DNA of 64,000 nucleotides from assembly GCA_951406725.2 (NCBI GenBank), contig OX597829.1, positions 30,938,001 through 31,002,000 on the forward strand, in the 5' to 3' direction. Made by a program: the position numbers and the translations under genes. This DNA comes from Octopus vulgaris (taxonomy: Eukaryota). The notes beneath the pieces are model-generated. The model ran no database searches. It had not been told where the DNA came from and saw nothing but the letters and a program-made list of their open reading frames with translations. This document shows, in pieces, positions 25,431 through 38,320 of this stretch. Every line of letters starts with the position of its first letter. Position 1 is the first letter of the stretch.

Positions 25431-26640
25431 TGTACCATTAGTCATAGACCTAATCCATTGTCTCTTGCTTTTATAACATTACCTGGTATTTATGGTACCT
25501 TTGGCATTGTCATCTCAGTTTCAAACATTTCAAATTAATCTCTTGACTGAAGATATCTTTGTCTTGCAAGGCACTGCTTCTTGCTGCGCTAACCCACAAG
25601 TCATGGTTTCCTACTTCTACCTCTAAACTTGGAGGCCTTGCAAAGTGGGGGACAGTGGATATTATCCTCTTACTTTGATTATGAACACAAATATATAGAG
25701 TATTTGTTGTGTATATTTATACAGACATATACACAAACACACACACACACATTCAGAGATACGGTGTGCTGGCAGAATCGTTAGCATGCTGGGTGAAATG
25801 CTTTGTGGTATTTCATGTCTTTACATTCTGAATACACAGGGACAATTTCTTCTCTCATTAACATTGGCTCTGTCCCAAAATTCCAATCAATCTTATTGCT
25901 AATTCTTTAAGATTTTAAACAGACCTAGAGTGAGCATTTAACAGATCATCAAAGATTTTTCCCTAAATTACATACCTGAACCCTTTTGTATTTGATATAT
26001 CAAATACTTAATTATGATATTTTCTCTTGAGCAACATTTCTTACTCAAATGTTAGCATTGTTGAGTATATCAGTCTGAGTACAGAAACAAGTAAATGCTA
26101 ATGATTTTTGAGTATGTCAGTATGAGGAGTATTGATTCTGCTGTTCTGTTATCATACAGTTCCAACTATGAGTAAACAAACAAACCAAATGTTAATGTTG
26201 CTGAGTATGTCAAAATGAAGAGTATTGGGACCACCACCACCACACGACACTAATTGTGATGAGGCAAACAATCTGTGTATTTGCTCGTGCGGTTGTGCGT
26301 ATGTGTATGTGTGCAAGTGTTTGTGCAAGCGTTTAGAATATTAAGTGATAAAACTGTGAATGACTTGACATCCTTGGAACTTGTTAACAAAGCGTGGTGC
26401 AAATTACAAACAAAATGAAAAGACAAAAAAAAAAAATTAAATAAATAAAATAAAGACTTATTGAAGAGAAAAATAAAATTGTAAATAAAAAGACGAATTC
26501 TTTTGAGGATAGTTTCAGTCATGATGTAGTATCTAAAAGAATCACATCAACAACTAATCCAACTCTTCTTCAAAATCAATAAGTGATATAATCTCTTCAT
26601 TGAAATTGAAAACAAATTTCACTCAACTGAAATATACATC

Positions 26641-26694
<54 letters not shown>

Positions 26695-27943
26695 TGTATG
26701 TATGTATGTATGTATGTATGTATGTATGTATGTATGCATGTATGTATGTATGTATGTATGTATGTATGTATGTATGTATATATATATATATACATATACA
26801 TATACATATATATGCATATGTGTATATGTGTATATATATATGTGTGTGTGTGTGTGTGTATGTATGTGTATATATGTGTGTGTGTGTGTGTATGTATGTG
26901 TATATATGTGTGTGGGTGTGTATATATATATTTATATATATATGTATGTATATATCATCATCATCATCATTATCATTATCATCATCATTTAACGTCCGCT
27001 TTCTATACTGGCCTGGGTTGGACGGTTTGACTGGGGACTGGCAAGCCAGGAGGCTACACCAGGCTCCAATCTGATCTGGCAAGGTTTCTACAGCTGAATG
27101 ACCTTCCTAATGCCAACCACTCTCAGAGTGCAGTGGGTGCTTTTTACATGCCATTAGCATGAGAGCCAGTCAGGCAGTACTGGCAATGACCCATGCATGC
27201 ATGGTGTTTATAGCATGCCAGTCAGGCAGCACTGGCATCAGCCACAACTACAATTTCCATTTGATTGTGATTTGATTTAATTTGATTTTGATTTTACTTG
27301 ACTCAATAGGTCTCCTCAAGCATGGCATGTCACCTGTTATGTGACACTGGTGTAGGCTAAGCTGTGATCTCATTTTACTTGCCAGGCCTTCTCAATCACA
27401 GCATATCTCCAGAGGTCTTGGTCTTTCGTCATTGTCTAATGTTTGAAGGTCATGCTTCACCACATCATTCCATGTCTTCCTGGATCTCCTTCTTCCACAG
27501 GTTCCTTCAACCATTAGAGAGTGACACTTCTCCACACAGCTCTCCTTATCAATATGCAACACATGACCCTTTTTCCTTTCCAATGAAGAGCAATGCTCCA
27601 AAATGTCAAACAGCCTCTTTTTGCCAAGCATCAAGCTAATGCATTCCTTGTACACCTCCTCTTGTCTGTTAATTTTATTATTCATTTATTTGAACTGATT
27701 GTTTATTTGAATTGACTATATATATATATATTATGTATGTATGTATGTATGTATTTATGTATGTATTTATGTATATATTTATGTATGTATGTATGTATGT
27801 ATGTGTGTGTGTATGTATGTATCTGTATGTATGTATTTATGTATGTATGTATGTATGTATGTATGTATGTATTTATGTATGTATGTGTGTGTGTATGTAT
27901 GTATGTATGTATGTATGTATGTATGTATGTATGTATGTATGTA

Positions 27944-27976
<33 letters not shown>

Positions 27977-28085
27977 ATGTATGTATGTGTGTGTGTATGT
28001 ATGTATGTATGTATGTATGTATGTATGTATGTATGTATGTATGTGTGTATGTATGTATGTATGTATGTATGTATTTATGTATGTA

Positions 28086-28118
<33 letters not shown>

Positions 28119-28243
28119 ATGTATGTATATATGTATGTATCTGTATGTATGTATTTATGTATGTATGTATGTGTGTATGTATGTATGTATGTATGTATGT
28201 ATGTATGTATGTATGTATCTGTATGTATGTATTTATGTATGTA

Positions 28244-28276
<33 letters not shown>

Positions 28277-29328
28277 ATGTATGTATGTATGTGTGTATGT
28301 ATGTATGTATGTATGTATGTATGTATGTATGTATGTATGTGTGTATGTATGTATGTATGTATGTATGTATGTATGTGTGTATGTATGTATGTATGTATCT
28401 GTATGTATGTATGTATTTATGTATGTATGTATATATATATAAAATGGCGGTGCCCCAGCATGGCCACAGCTCATTAGCTGAAACTGGAAAAATCAAAATC
28501 AAAAATCATATATATATATATACATATACATATACATATATATATGCATACGTGTATATATGCATATATATATGTGTGTGTGTGTGTATGTATGTGTATA
28601 TATGTGTGTGGGTGTGTATATATATATTTATATATATATGTATGTATATATCATCATCATCATCATTATCATTATCATCATCGTTTAACGTCCGCTTTCT
28701 ATACTGGCCTGGGTTGGACGGTTTGACTGGGGACTGGCAAGCCAGGAGGCTACACCAGGCTCCAATCTGATCTGGCAAGGTTTCTACAGCTGAATGACCT
28801 TCCTAATGCCAACCACTCTCAGAGTGCAGTGGGTGCTTTTTACATGCCATTAGCATGAGAGCCAGTCAGGCAGTACTGGCAATGACCCATGCATGCATGG
28901 TGCTTATTGCATGCCAGTCAGGCAGCACTGGCATCAGCCACAACTACAATTTCCATTTGATTGTGATTTGATTTGATTTGATTTTGATTTTACTTGACTC
29001 AATAGATCTCCTCAAGCATGGCATGTCACCTGTTATGTGACACTGGTGTAGGCTAAGCTGTGATCTCATTTTACTTGCCAGGCCTTCTCAATCACAGCAT
29101 ATCTCCAGAGGTCTTGGTCTTTCGTCATTGTCTAATGTTTGAAGGTCATGCTTCACCACATCATCCTATGTCTTCCTGGATCTCCTTCTTCCACAGGTTC
29201 CTTCAACTGTTAGAGAGTGACACTTCTTCACACAGCTCTCCTTATCAATATGCAACACATGACCATACCAGCGCAGTTGTCTCTCTTGCACAACATGGTT
29301 GATGCTTCATATGTCAAACATTTCTCTC
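26641..29328 (-). repeat. Segmental duplication arm B-A-B, inverted relative to 20655-23231, including a large (TATG)n at 27733-28440
   Basis: 26780-27570 matches 28510-29264, and both are reverse complements of 21106-21740. Confidence 0.9.
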
Positions 29329-29523
29329 AGGCAAAATCTCATCATAGGAGTAGAAAAGATATACCATTGGGTTATTAGGTACTGTGTTTTCAAATCATTT
29401 CAGCAGTGTTTTCAAATCATCTAGGCCGACTGCTGAGATAATTTGAAAGCAGCACCTAATAACCTAATGGTATATCTTTTCTACTCCTCTGATGAGATTT
29501 TGTCTAATACAATGATTTAATTA

Positions 29524-30092
29524 ACGTAAGGGGTATCAGCCATCTGAATGTGGCTAGGCACTGGGAGGGGGTGGTGTTACTGATGCTTTTAACCCCAGGC
29601 GATCAACGTCACCAGAAGGACTTTAGACACTATCTCAGTGTCCTTGCCCCAGTGCCTAGCCACATTCAGATGGCTGATACCCCTTACGTTGTCGAGCAGT
29701 TACTGTTTATATCTCGTTCAGAGATTTATTATTGTTTTCAGACAGTTTTTCTACATCAGTGACAGTGGTTACTGTGAAAAACATTATATATTGTTTGTAG
29801 AGGGAATCCTTCATCGAAGAGCGGTACTTACCATACGTTGACAAGAGGCAATGACCTCGAAACTAGTCCGTATGTAGTACCCGGATCTTTGAGGGAGGAT
29901 GACCTCCCTTTACAAACAAACAAGGACACTGAGTTAGTGTCTAAAGTCCTTCTGGTGACGTTGATTGCCTGGGGCTAAAAGCAAAAGCATCAGTAACACC
30001 CCCCCCCCCCCCAGTGCCTAGCCACATTCAGATGGCTGATACCCCTTACGTTGTCGAGCAGTTACTGTTTATATCTCGTTCAGAGATTTATT
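29524..30092 (+). mobile_element. Nested retrozyme/Penelope-like element: inverted segment plus 1.24 copies of a 362-bp unit, 13-bp TSD
   Basis: 29524-29646 is the reverse complement of 29921-30051. 29647-29731 matches 30009-30093. TSD AATGATTTAATTA at 29511-29523 and 30093-30105. Confidence 0.85.
29832..29874 (+). ncRNA. Minimal hammerhead motif with two core substitutions, on a long rod (29791-29919)
   Basis: catacg-TTGACAA-gagg caatga cctc-GAAActagTC-cgtatg. All three stems are perfect. The core differs from CTGACGA at two positions. Confidence 0.75.
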
Positions 30093-30232
30093 AATGATTT
30101 AATTATTGTAATTTAATCTTTAGGCTAAATTGAAACAGCTGTAAGGGAATATGTCAGATTTTTGCAGTTAATAAATTATATTAATGCTACATCTCCATTT
30201 TCTAAATTTTCTTATATGTGTGTGTGTGTGTA

Positions 30233-31130
30233 CGTGTGGTGTGATCAATAAGTATCTGGACTGTTTCCGTAGTAATGAAGCTAAAATATGTAGAGTGAAG
30301 CTACTTGGCACAGATTGACCTTGAACTCTGCTGTGCATGTGCACTAAGTTTTAACATACTAACTGACTTCGTTGCTTACAGCAGTACTTGGAAGGAAGGT
30401 GTGTATTGTATGATTGTCGCATTGACCATGACAGAGAAAGTTGAGCAGAGAATCTGCATCTAATTTTGCCAAAAGCTAGACAATATCTGCTCAGAGGCCT
30501 ACAGAAAGTTTTCAAAAAGATTTCATCATTCTTGACACAATCAAGGAGATCTTGTGCAACTGAAACCCGAGTGTCTTTTTGGTCAGCTGAAAGCAGTCTT
30601 GGCACAAACTTGGCAGATATGCGTCTCATACCCAAGTCTTCAAGAGATAATGGACTGAACTGAACTGTAACTAATCTGCACATCCTCTGATACCTCACAG
30701 ATGGTGATTCAACAATTTCCCCTCAGAGCTGCACACGTATCTGTGATGTTTTTCTCATTTCTGTTGGTTGTGGATCTCACAGAACGTTCATCAATATCAA
30801 CATTTTTTTTGGTCATCTTGGAAACATCTAAACTACTCATACACTTGTGTGTGGCTCATACACTCCTCTCCATACACTTTCTGCAACATTGCATAGGCTT
30901 CTGAGCAGGTATCGCCATGACAACTTTCTCTGTCAAGGTCAATGCGATGATCACACACTACACACTTTCCTTCCAAGCACTGCTGTAAACAACGGAATTG
31001 AGCTAGAATGTTAAAACTTAGTGTGCATGCACAGCAGAGTTCAAGGGTAATCTGTGCCAAGTGGCTTCACTCGGCATGATTTAGCTTCGTTACTATGGCA
31101 ACAGTCCAAATACTTATTGATCAAACCTCG
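30233..31130. mobile_element. Non-autonomous mariner derivative made of two inverted 5' ends
   Basis: About 210-bp inverted arms and TA flanks. The minus strand encodes LGMRRISAKFVPRLLSADQK. Second copy at 60450-61352. Confidence 0.9.
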
Positions 31131-31136
31131 TATGTA

Positions 31137-31183
<47 letters not shown>

Positions 31184-31184
<1 letters not shown>

Positions 31185-31493
31185 GAGGTGCAATGGCCCA
31201 GTGGTTAGGGCAGCAGACTCATGGTCATTGGATTGCGGTTTCAATTCCCAGACAGGGTGTTGTGAGTGTTTGTTGAGCAAAAACACCTAAAGCTTCATGA
31301 GGCTCTGGCAGGGGTAGTGGCGATCCATACTGCACTCTTTCACCACAACTTTCTCTCATTCTTTCTTCTGTTGGCCTGCTCACTTAGCCAGTGGGGTGGT
31401 GTCATTTGAAGGCTAAAACAGTGTGAAGCACATTGTGAACAGCGATGTGTAGCAACATCTGATAGCCTGGTCAGTCACGGTGGTCATGGTGAT
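31184..31493 (+). mobile_element. tRNA-derived SINE family D
   Basis: A box TGGCCCAGTGG, B box GGTTTCAATTCCC, and a short tandem tail GGTCACGGTGGTCATGGTG. Confidence 0.75.
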
Positions 31494-31873
31494 ATATATA
31501 TATATATATATATATATACTCTTTATTGAAGAAGAAAATCATAATTAGGTTTGATGAAAAACTACAGAAATTACAGAAAATATTTCATGAAGTATTTTGC
31601 AAGAAATAAGCTTGATTTATTTGAACAAATGTTAAAAGCAAAACTACGAACTAGCTTGGGTTTGTTGAAGACAAGGTGATAGCCATATTGTTCCAATGAT
31701 TTAGGTTTTCTAACACTTAATGCTAGAACTAACTGGTTATACTATTGGTATACTGGTTAGTCTCACCATAAAAAAAAAGTACAATAATGACAATACAATA
31801 TTTATTATTAGATTCTGTTTCACTGTCAATGCAAACTGTATAACAATGAGTCAGCACAGCCTTGTTAGAATTA

Positions 31874-31973
31874 CATCATCATTGTTATCATCATCATCAC
31901 TGCTACCACCACCACCACCACCACCACCACCACCACCACCACAATCGTCATTGTCATCATCATCGTCATCATC

Positions 31974-32051
<78 letters not shown>

Positions 32052-32208
32052 GTCGTCATTGTCATTGTCCTCATCATCATTGTTGTTGTTGTTGTCATCA
32101 TCATTGTCACCATCCTCATCATCATTATTATCACCGTTGTTGTCAATGTAATTATTATCATCATCATAGTCATCATCAATGTCATCAGTGGTAGCAGCAG
32201 CAGCAGCA
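31874..32208. repeat. (CAT)n/(CAC)n trinucleotide array
   Basis: Direct inspection. Confidence 0.95.
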
Positions 32209-32340
32209 TTTTACTTCTGATTGCTTAGCTGGCATTGGTCAGATGAGTTAACATGGTTTGTGACTATTCTTATTTTCAGTTACTGCCCTCCCAGGTGAGT
32301 TGGTGGACATGGTCAGTAAGGATATTCAGATTCTTATTTA

Positions 32341-32902
32341 GGTGCAGTTGTGGCTGTGTAGTAAGAAGCTTGTTTCCCAACCACATGGTTCTTGGTTCAG
32401 CCCCACTGTTTGGCACCTTGGGTCAACCAAAGCCTTGTAAGTGGATTTGGTTGATAGAAACTGAAAGGCGGTGAGCTGGCAGAGACATTAGCTCACTGAG
32501 CGAAATGCTTAGCAGTATTTCGTCTGTCTTTACGTTCTGAGTTCAAATTCCGCCAAGGTCGACTTTGCCTTTCATTCTTTCGGGGTCGATAAACTAAGTA
32601 CCAGTTACGCACTGGGGTCGATATAATCGACTTAATCCATTTGTCTGTCCTTGTTTGTCCCTTCTGTGTTTAGCTCCTTGTAGGTAGTAAAGAAATAGAT
32701 ATCCCGTCTGTCTTTACATTCTGAGTTCAAATTCCTCCAAGGTCAACTTTGTCTTTCATCCTTTCGGGGTCGATTAAATAAGTACCAGTTACGCACTGGG
32801 GTTGATATAATCGACTAAATCTGTTTGTCTGTCCTTGTTTGTCCCCTTTATGTGCAGCCCCTTGTGGACAGTAAAGAAATAAGAAACTGAAAGAAGCCTG
32901 TC

Positions 32903-32936
<34 letters not shown>

Positions 32937-33128
32937 TTGTTCCCCTGCCATCGTTTGACAACTGATGTTGGTGTGTTTATGTCCCCATAATTTAGGGATT
33001 CAGCAAAAGAGACCAATAAAATAAGTATTAAGCTTACAAAGAATAAGTCCTGGGGTCGATTTCTAAGAGTGAAACTCTTTAGGGTGGTGCTCCAGCATGG
33101 CCGCAGTTAAGTAAAAGAATAAAAGAAT
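32341..33128 (+). mobile_element. SINE-A containing a nested, partially dimeric SINE-B (32466-32881)
   Basis: TSD AGAAACTGAAAG at 32456-32467 and 32882-32893. The SINE-B body is repeated at 32699-32881. Confidence 0.9.
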
Positions 33129-33637
33129 TTTTTTGTTTTTGCTATTGCCTTGATGAATTCCAGCTGTGGCTAACCTGTCAATGTACCTAAGACTACAATA
33201 TATCCAATATGTGTATATTTTTAAAGACAGTAGGGCCTAATTTGGGAGAGATTTAGTTGTTATTTCTAGAAGATACAGCAATGGAGTACAAGTTTTACTG
33301 GAGCAAGTGTATCAGAATGAGTCAGACCAGATGAATCAGGAGTGATATAAATGTTGCACAGGTCTGCTTGAGCAAGTATCTCAGAGCCTGTAATCCTATA
33401 ATACCACTTGATGCTAAGGACTTTTTCTAAGACAGGTTCTGCAAAATAATTTATTAGCTTTCTTTTTTTAAAGGCTGATGAAATATAAGATATTGATATA
33501 TAGTCTACCATCACACACACACATATTGTATAAAGAAATGCCTGTTAAATTGTTTCTATTAATTACTGCAGCAGTAAACTCTCTTTCAATAAATTCTTTA
33601 CTGTTTTTGGATGACAAAATGGAATGAATTCTTTTTT

Positions 33638-33751
33638 GGTTGGCCCGAGGCTATAGTAGAAGACACTTGCCCAAGGTACCACACAGTGGGACTGAACTCG
33701 GAATCATGTGATTGGTAAGTAAGCTACTTACCACACACCCACTCTTGCGCC
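33638..33751 (-). mobile_element. SINE family A 5' head
   Basis: Reverse complement of the tRNA-like head. Confidence 0.85.
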
Positions 33752-33794
33752 TACATATATATATTTTTTTTTCTGTTGTGTCTGGGGAGAGTTA

Positions 33795-34086
33795 TTTTCT
33801 TTTTATGCTTTATAATTTAACACACTCACCGGTAAAATTTCCACTTATTCTTTATTTTCATTTTCCTAAAATTTTTGTTGCGTGTTGCAACCTTTTCAAT
33901 AGTCTTGACAGTCAAGCAATGGCTGGGGAACAAACACAGGCACACACACACATACACACACACACACACACAGTCAAGACTATTGAAAAGGTTGCAAGAC
34001 GCAACAAAAATTTTAGGAAAATAAAAATAAGAAATAGTGAAAATTTTACCGGTGAGTGTGTTAAATTATAAGGCACAAAAAGAAAA
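33795..34086. repeat. Inverted repeat with about 115-bp arms around a 63-bp spacer
   Basis: 33795-33909 pairs with 33973-34086. Confidence 0.88.
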
Positions 34087-34148
34087 CAGAATATGCTTCA
34101 ACACACGAACTCACATAAAGAATCTTCCAAACCAAATCCCCAAACAAA

Positions 34149-34150
<2 letters not shown>

Positions 34151-34210
<60 letters not shown>

Positions 34211-34250
34211 TTAATAATAATAATAATAACAATAATAATAATAATAATAA

Positions 34251-34285
<35 letters not shown>
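34151..34285. repeat. (AAT)n microsatellite
   Basis: Direct inspection. Confidence 0.95.
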
Positions 34286-34286
<1 letters not shown>

Positions 34287-35043
34287 CCCATGTATTTTAA
34301 TTTAACTTTAAAAAAAAAATGAACCAACTAGTGTGTTTAGTTTAATGGCCTACCAATGTATACTATGAGTTTCTTTGCCCTAGGAGTCGGGAAGACACTC
34401 GGCAAGAAATGGAAGCAAATTTGAAAGAAGAAGAGAAAAAAAGATAACAATAATAATAATATAAATAATATATACATATGTATATATATATATGTGTGTG
34501 TGTATGTATTCAATAGGTTACTACATAGTTTCCATCTTTCAAATTCCAAAAGTGTTCCACTGGCTAGAATAGCTTTACTCACTTAGGGCTTATATATAAC
34601 AGCAACAACAACATCAACAGTAGTAACACCAATAACCACAACAACCAAAACTAACCCTAGTAAAGTCCTCAAGAAAACATACACGGCATCCAATCTGAAT
34701 TTTCTTTCACCTATATCTCTTGGGTTATGTAGTCTGGGCAAAGGAAAAAAAAAAAATCAATATATGTGTCTCGGAAGTTTGGTAACGTTGGCACATATTT
34801 TTATTCCTTTGGCTAAAACAATCACCTTCCATTCTCATTCTTTTGGGTTTTTGTCTTTATTACTTTTCTATATTTTCTTTTTTTAAATTTTATTGGGCCC
34901 ACTCATTTTTGTTGTATTTATTCTTGTTTAATTTCGATTACAACTGGACCGATTCCAGTTGGCTGATGACCCTTTTGTAAACATTTTACTCCAAATCTCT
35001 CTCTCTCACTCTCTCTCCCTCTATCTATCTATCTATCTGTCCG

Positions 35044-35128
<85 letters not shown>

Positions 35129-35908
35129 ATACCTCTCTCTCTATCTATCTTTATAGATCTTTCTCTTTATATGTGTGTATGTGTGTGTGCGTGTGTCTGT
35201 CTGACCCAATTCACTTTTGCACCTGCTTCTCTCTCCCAGTTGGTCCCCACACACTCTCTCTACATTTTTACCTGACCCTTGCTCTTTGTTGCCCTCTCTC
35301 TGTCATCGATATACATATGTACATATATACGTGCATGCATAAACACACACACACATCTACACACATGTATGTGTGTGTTGTGTGTGTATAATTTGATGAT
35401 GTTTGTTTCCGCATAGCATCATTGAATTTTGAATTTCCTGCCAAAGCTGACTGCGTCTTTTATTCTTCCTGGTCAATGAAAATAAAGTATCAGTTAAGTA
35501 CTAGGAATTGATTTAATGTTCTTATAAAGCATCTTTACAAGGTGAAACCTCACTTCTGTAGAAGTCATGAAAACAACACCCAGTATGTACTGTAAAGTGG
35601 TTGGCATTTGGAAGGGTATCCAACTATTGAAAGCATGCCAAAGCAGACACTGGAGCTCAATGCAGTGCTCCAATTTATCAGATACTGTTGAACATTCCAA
35701 CCAGTGCCAGCATAGAAGATACACATTAAATGATGATGGTCATTATGACAATGCTGATAATATAAAGACATACACACACAGACATACGTATATACATGTA
35801 TATGTATATGTACATGTATATATATATATGTGTGTGTGTGTATGAACATTGAACTGCATCAAATAAAGGAAAGAGATGTCTTCAGTATATATTATAGAGT
35901 AAAATGAC

Positions 35909-36108
35909 AAGCTGGCAGAATTGTTAGCCCGTCAGACAAAAATGCTTAACAGCATGTCGCCTGTCTTCATGTTCTGAGTTCAAATTCTGCCAAGGTCGAT
36001 TTTGGCTTTCATCAATTTTGGGGTCAATACCAGTTGAACACTAGGGTCAATGTACTCAACTTACCCACTTCCTGAAACTGCTGGCCTTGTGACAAAATTT
36101 TAGATCAT
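35909..36108 (+). mobile_element. SINE family B variant
   Basis: AGCTGGCAGAATTGTTAGC..GTTCTGAGTTCAAATTC. Confidence 0.8.
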
Positions 36109-36363
36109 TATATATTGTGGAGGATATGGTTTACGACCTGCAATATGTAGAGTATATCAGCAAACAAAAAATGTAAATTAATGTACAAAACCAAACAGGA
36201 GGTCTCACCCACAATAGTGAATATAAGTATTATCATACTACCAAAACTGAGGTGTAAGAGTTCTCACCTGATGATCACAGAGGCTTGAGACTCAAGTCAT
36301 AAGATAAAAACGATTCAATCTACCATGCATATCTGTGTGTCTATCTATCTATCTATCTGTCTA

Positions 36364-36422
<59 letters not shown>

Positions 36423-36635
36423 ATCTGCATGTCTGTCTGTCTATCTATCTATTTATCTGTCTTTCTATCCATCTGCTTGCCTGTTTGTCTATCTATAAGA
36501 TCTTTAACATATACCAAAATTATCATGTTGCTGCTGTTCAGCGTGTGACAATCACTGGTTGTCGATGAAAAGTAGGTCTCCCTTTGCAAATATATACCCT
36601 TTTTCCAGTGATGAAAAGTCACTGATATTGAAAAA

Positions 36636-36683
<48 letters not shown>

Positions 36684-37142
36684 GTGCATGTTTGTGTGGG
36701 TGTAAGTAGTGTGTGTGAAAGTGATATTCTATACTAGTGAGCACTTGAGTGAAACGGTCATAATGCTGACTTTCCTTATTGACATTATGACCCAAGTCTC
36801 TCAATTGTTTAGAAAAGAAAAAGATACAAAACCCACATTTACTTGAAAAGCATGTAATTGCTAATGGCAGAAAGAATGTCTGGCTGTAAAATACTGCTTA
36901 GAATAACTTTCTCCATCCAAATCCATGTTAATTTGGAGAGAAAAACAGATGTTAAATGAAAGAATTAAAGAATGAAAAGCAAACATAGTCATGTGGTTGA
37001 GAAGCTTATTTGGTAAGCACCTGGTTTCAGGTTCACTCCTGCTGCTTGGTATCTTGGACAAGTCTTGTATCAGAGTCCTGGGCTGACAAATACCTTTTGT
37101 GTGAATTTGATGGCCAGAACATATATATATATGAAGCCTATC

Positions 37143-37660
37143 ATGTGTGTGTGTGTGTGTGTGCATGCATTTGTGTATATGTATGTGCACATATGCATGT
37201 GTGTGTGTGCATTTAACTTTTTATTATCTAAATGTATGAGCATTCGTACATACACACACACACACACACACACAAAAATATGTCTATGCATGTGCGTATA
37301 AGTGTGTGCGCCTGTGTATGCATGTGTGTGTGTCTGTGCATGCATGTGTGTGTGTCTGTGTGTGTCTGTGTATGTATGTGTGTGTATGTCTGTGTATGCA
37401 TGTGTGTGTCTGTGTATGTATGCATGTGTGTGCGTCTGTGTATGCATGTGTGTGTGTGTCTGTGTATGCATGTGTGTATCTGTGTATGTCTGTGTATGTA
37501 TGCATGTGTGTGTCTGTGTATGCATGTGTGTGTCTGTGTGTGTGTCTGTGTATGCATGTGTGTGTGTCTGTATGCATGTGTGTGTCTGTATGTGTCTGTG
37601 TATGTATGCGTGTGTGTGTGTATGTGTGTGTGTGCATGCATCAATGCACATACATATGTC
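37143..37660. repeat. (TG)n-derived minisatellite (TGTGTATGCATGTGTGTGTC-like units)
   Basis: Direct inspection. Confidence 0.9.
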
Positions 37661-38037
37661 ATGCAAAAAGTTGCAAATAATCTAACGTGGTGGGTGACAT
37701 AGATGACATCCATGTTTATTGTGAGTTATTGTAATCAGTTTCAAAATGTCAAATAAATTAAGAAAGCTGAGTCCATGATGTAACTCTATACGCAATGTAA
37801 GACACTCACTTTCAAATGGCTATTGTTTTATTTTCAACAAGTATAACAGGTTTCATAGCACTTGAAAAATCTATTTAAAAGAAAGGGAGAGAAGATATTT
37901 TTTAAATTTATTTAACATATATATATTTATTTATTTTTGCAATCAATCATTTGGAACATAAATTTTAACATGACTTGTGTATGAATTTGCAGATAATAAT
38001 GTTTTACTAATTAGTCGAACAGAGAGGAAAATGACAG

Positions 38038-38089
<52 letters not shown>

Positions 38090-38148
38090 TAAGCAGAATT
38101 GATTAAGAACTTACTACAGAGTAATTGCTGCTAAACTAGCAGAGGTGC

Positions 38149-38320
38149 CAGACAGACAAAGGGATTAAGTCGATTACATATACCCCAGCGTATAACTGGT
38201 ACTTAATTTATCGACCCTGAGAGGATTTAAGGCAAAGTCAACTTCGGCAGAATTTGAACTCAGAACGTAATGGCAGATGAAATACCGCTAAGCATTTTGC
38301 CCGGTGAGCTAACGTTTCTG
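38149..38320 (-). mobile_element. SINE family B (partial)
   Basis: Matches 18768-19002. Confidence 0.85.

Larger units (their letters stand above)
29485..30148 (+). ncRNA. Split type-I hammerhead ribozyme (interrupted in loop II)
   Basis: Removing 29524-30105 gives tcct-CTGATGA-gattttgtcta..taggctaaatt-GAAAcagctgTA-aggg, with palindromic stem III ACAGCTGT. Confidence 0.8.
29329..30214 (+). mobile_element. Host HHR-bearing element with inverted 5' segment, split by a second element
   Basis: Inverted arms at about 29329-29407 and 29428-29505. Ribozyme halves at 29485-29523 and 30106-30148. Confidence 0.75.

Noticed and set aside
27712-28770. 352-aa ORF and the many other MYVC/HTYI/CVCV ORFs
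   Set aside because: These are stop-free translations of (TATG)n, (CA)n and (TA)n microsatellites.
31720-32209. Poly-Ser/His/Met ORFs
   Set aside because: They are (CAT)n/(CAC)n arrays with no exon context.
36262-36304. Possible HHR: tctcac-CTGATGA..GAGACTCAAGTC-ataaga
   Set aside because: GAAA is mutated, stem II is absent and stem I has two mismatches. It could be a fossil but is not supportable alone.
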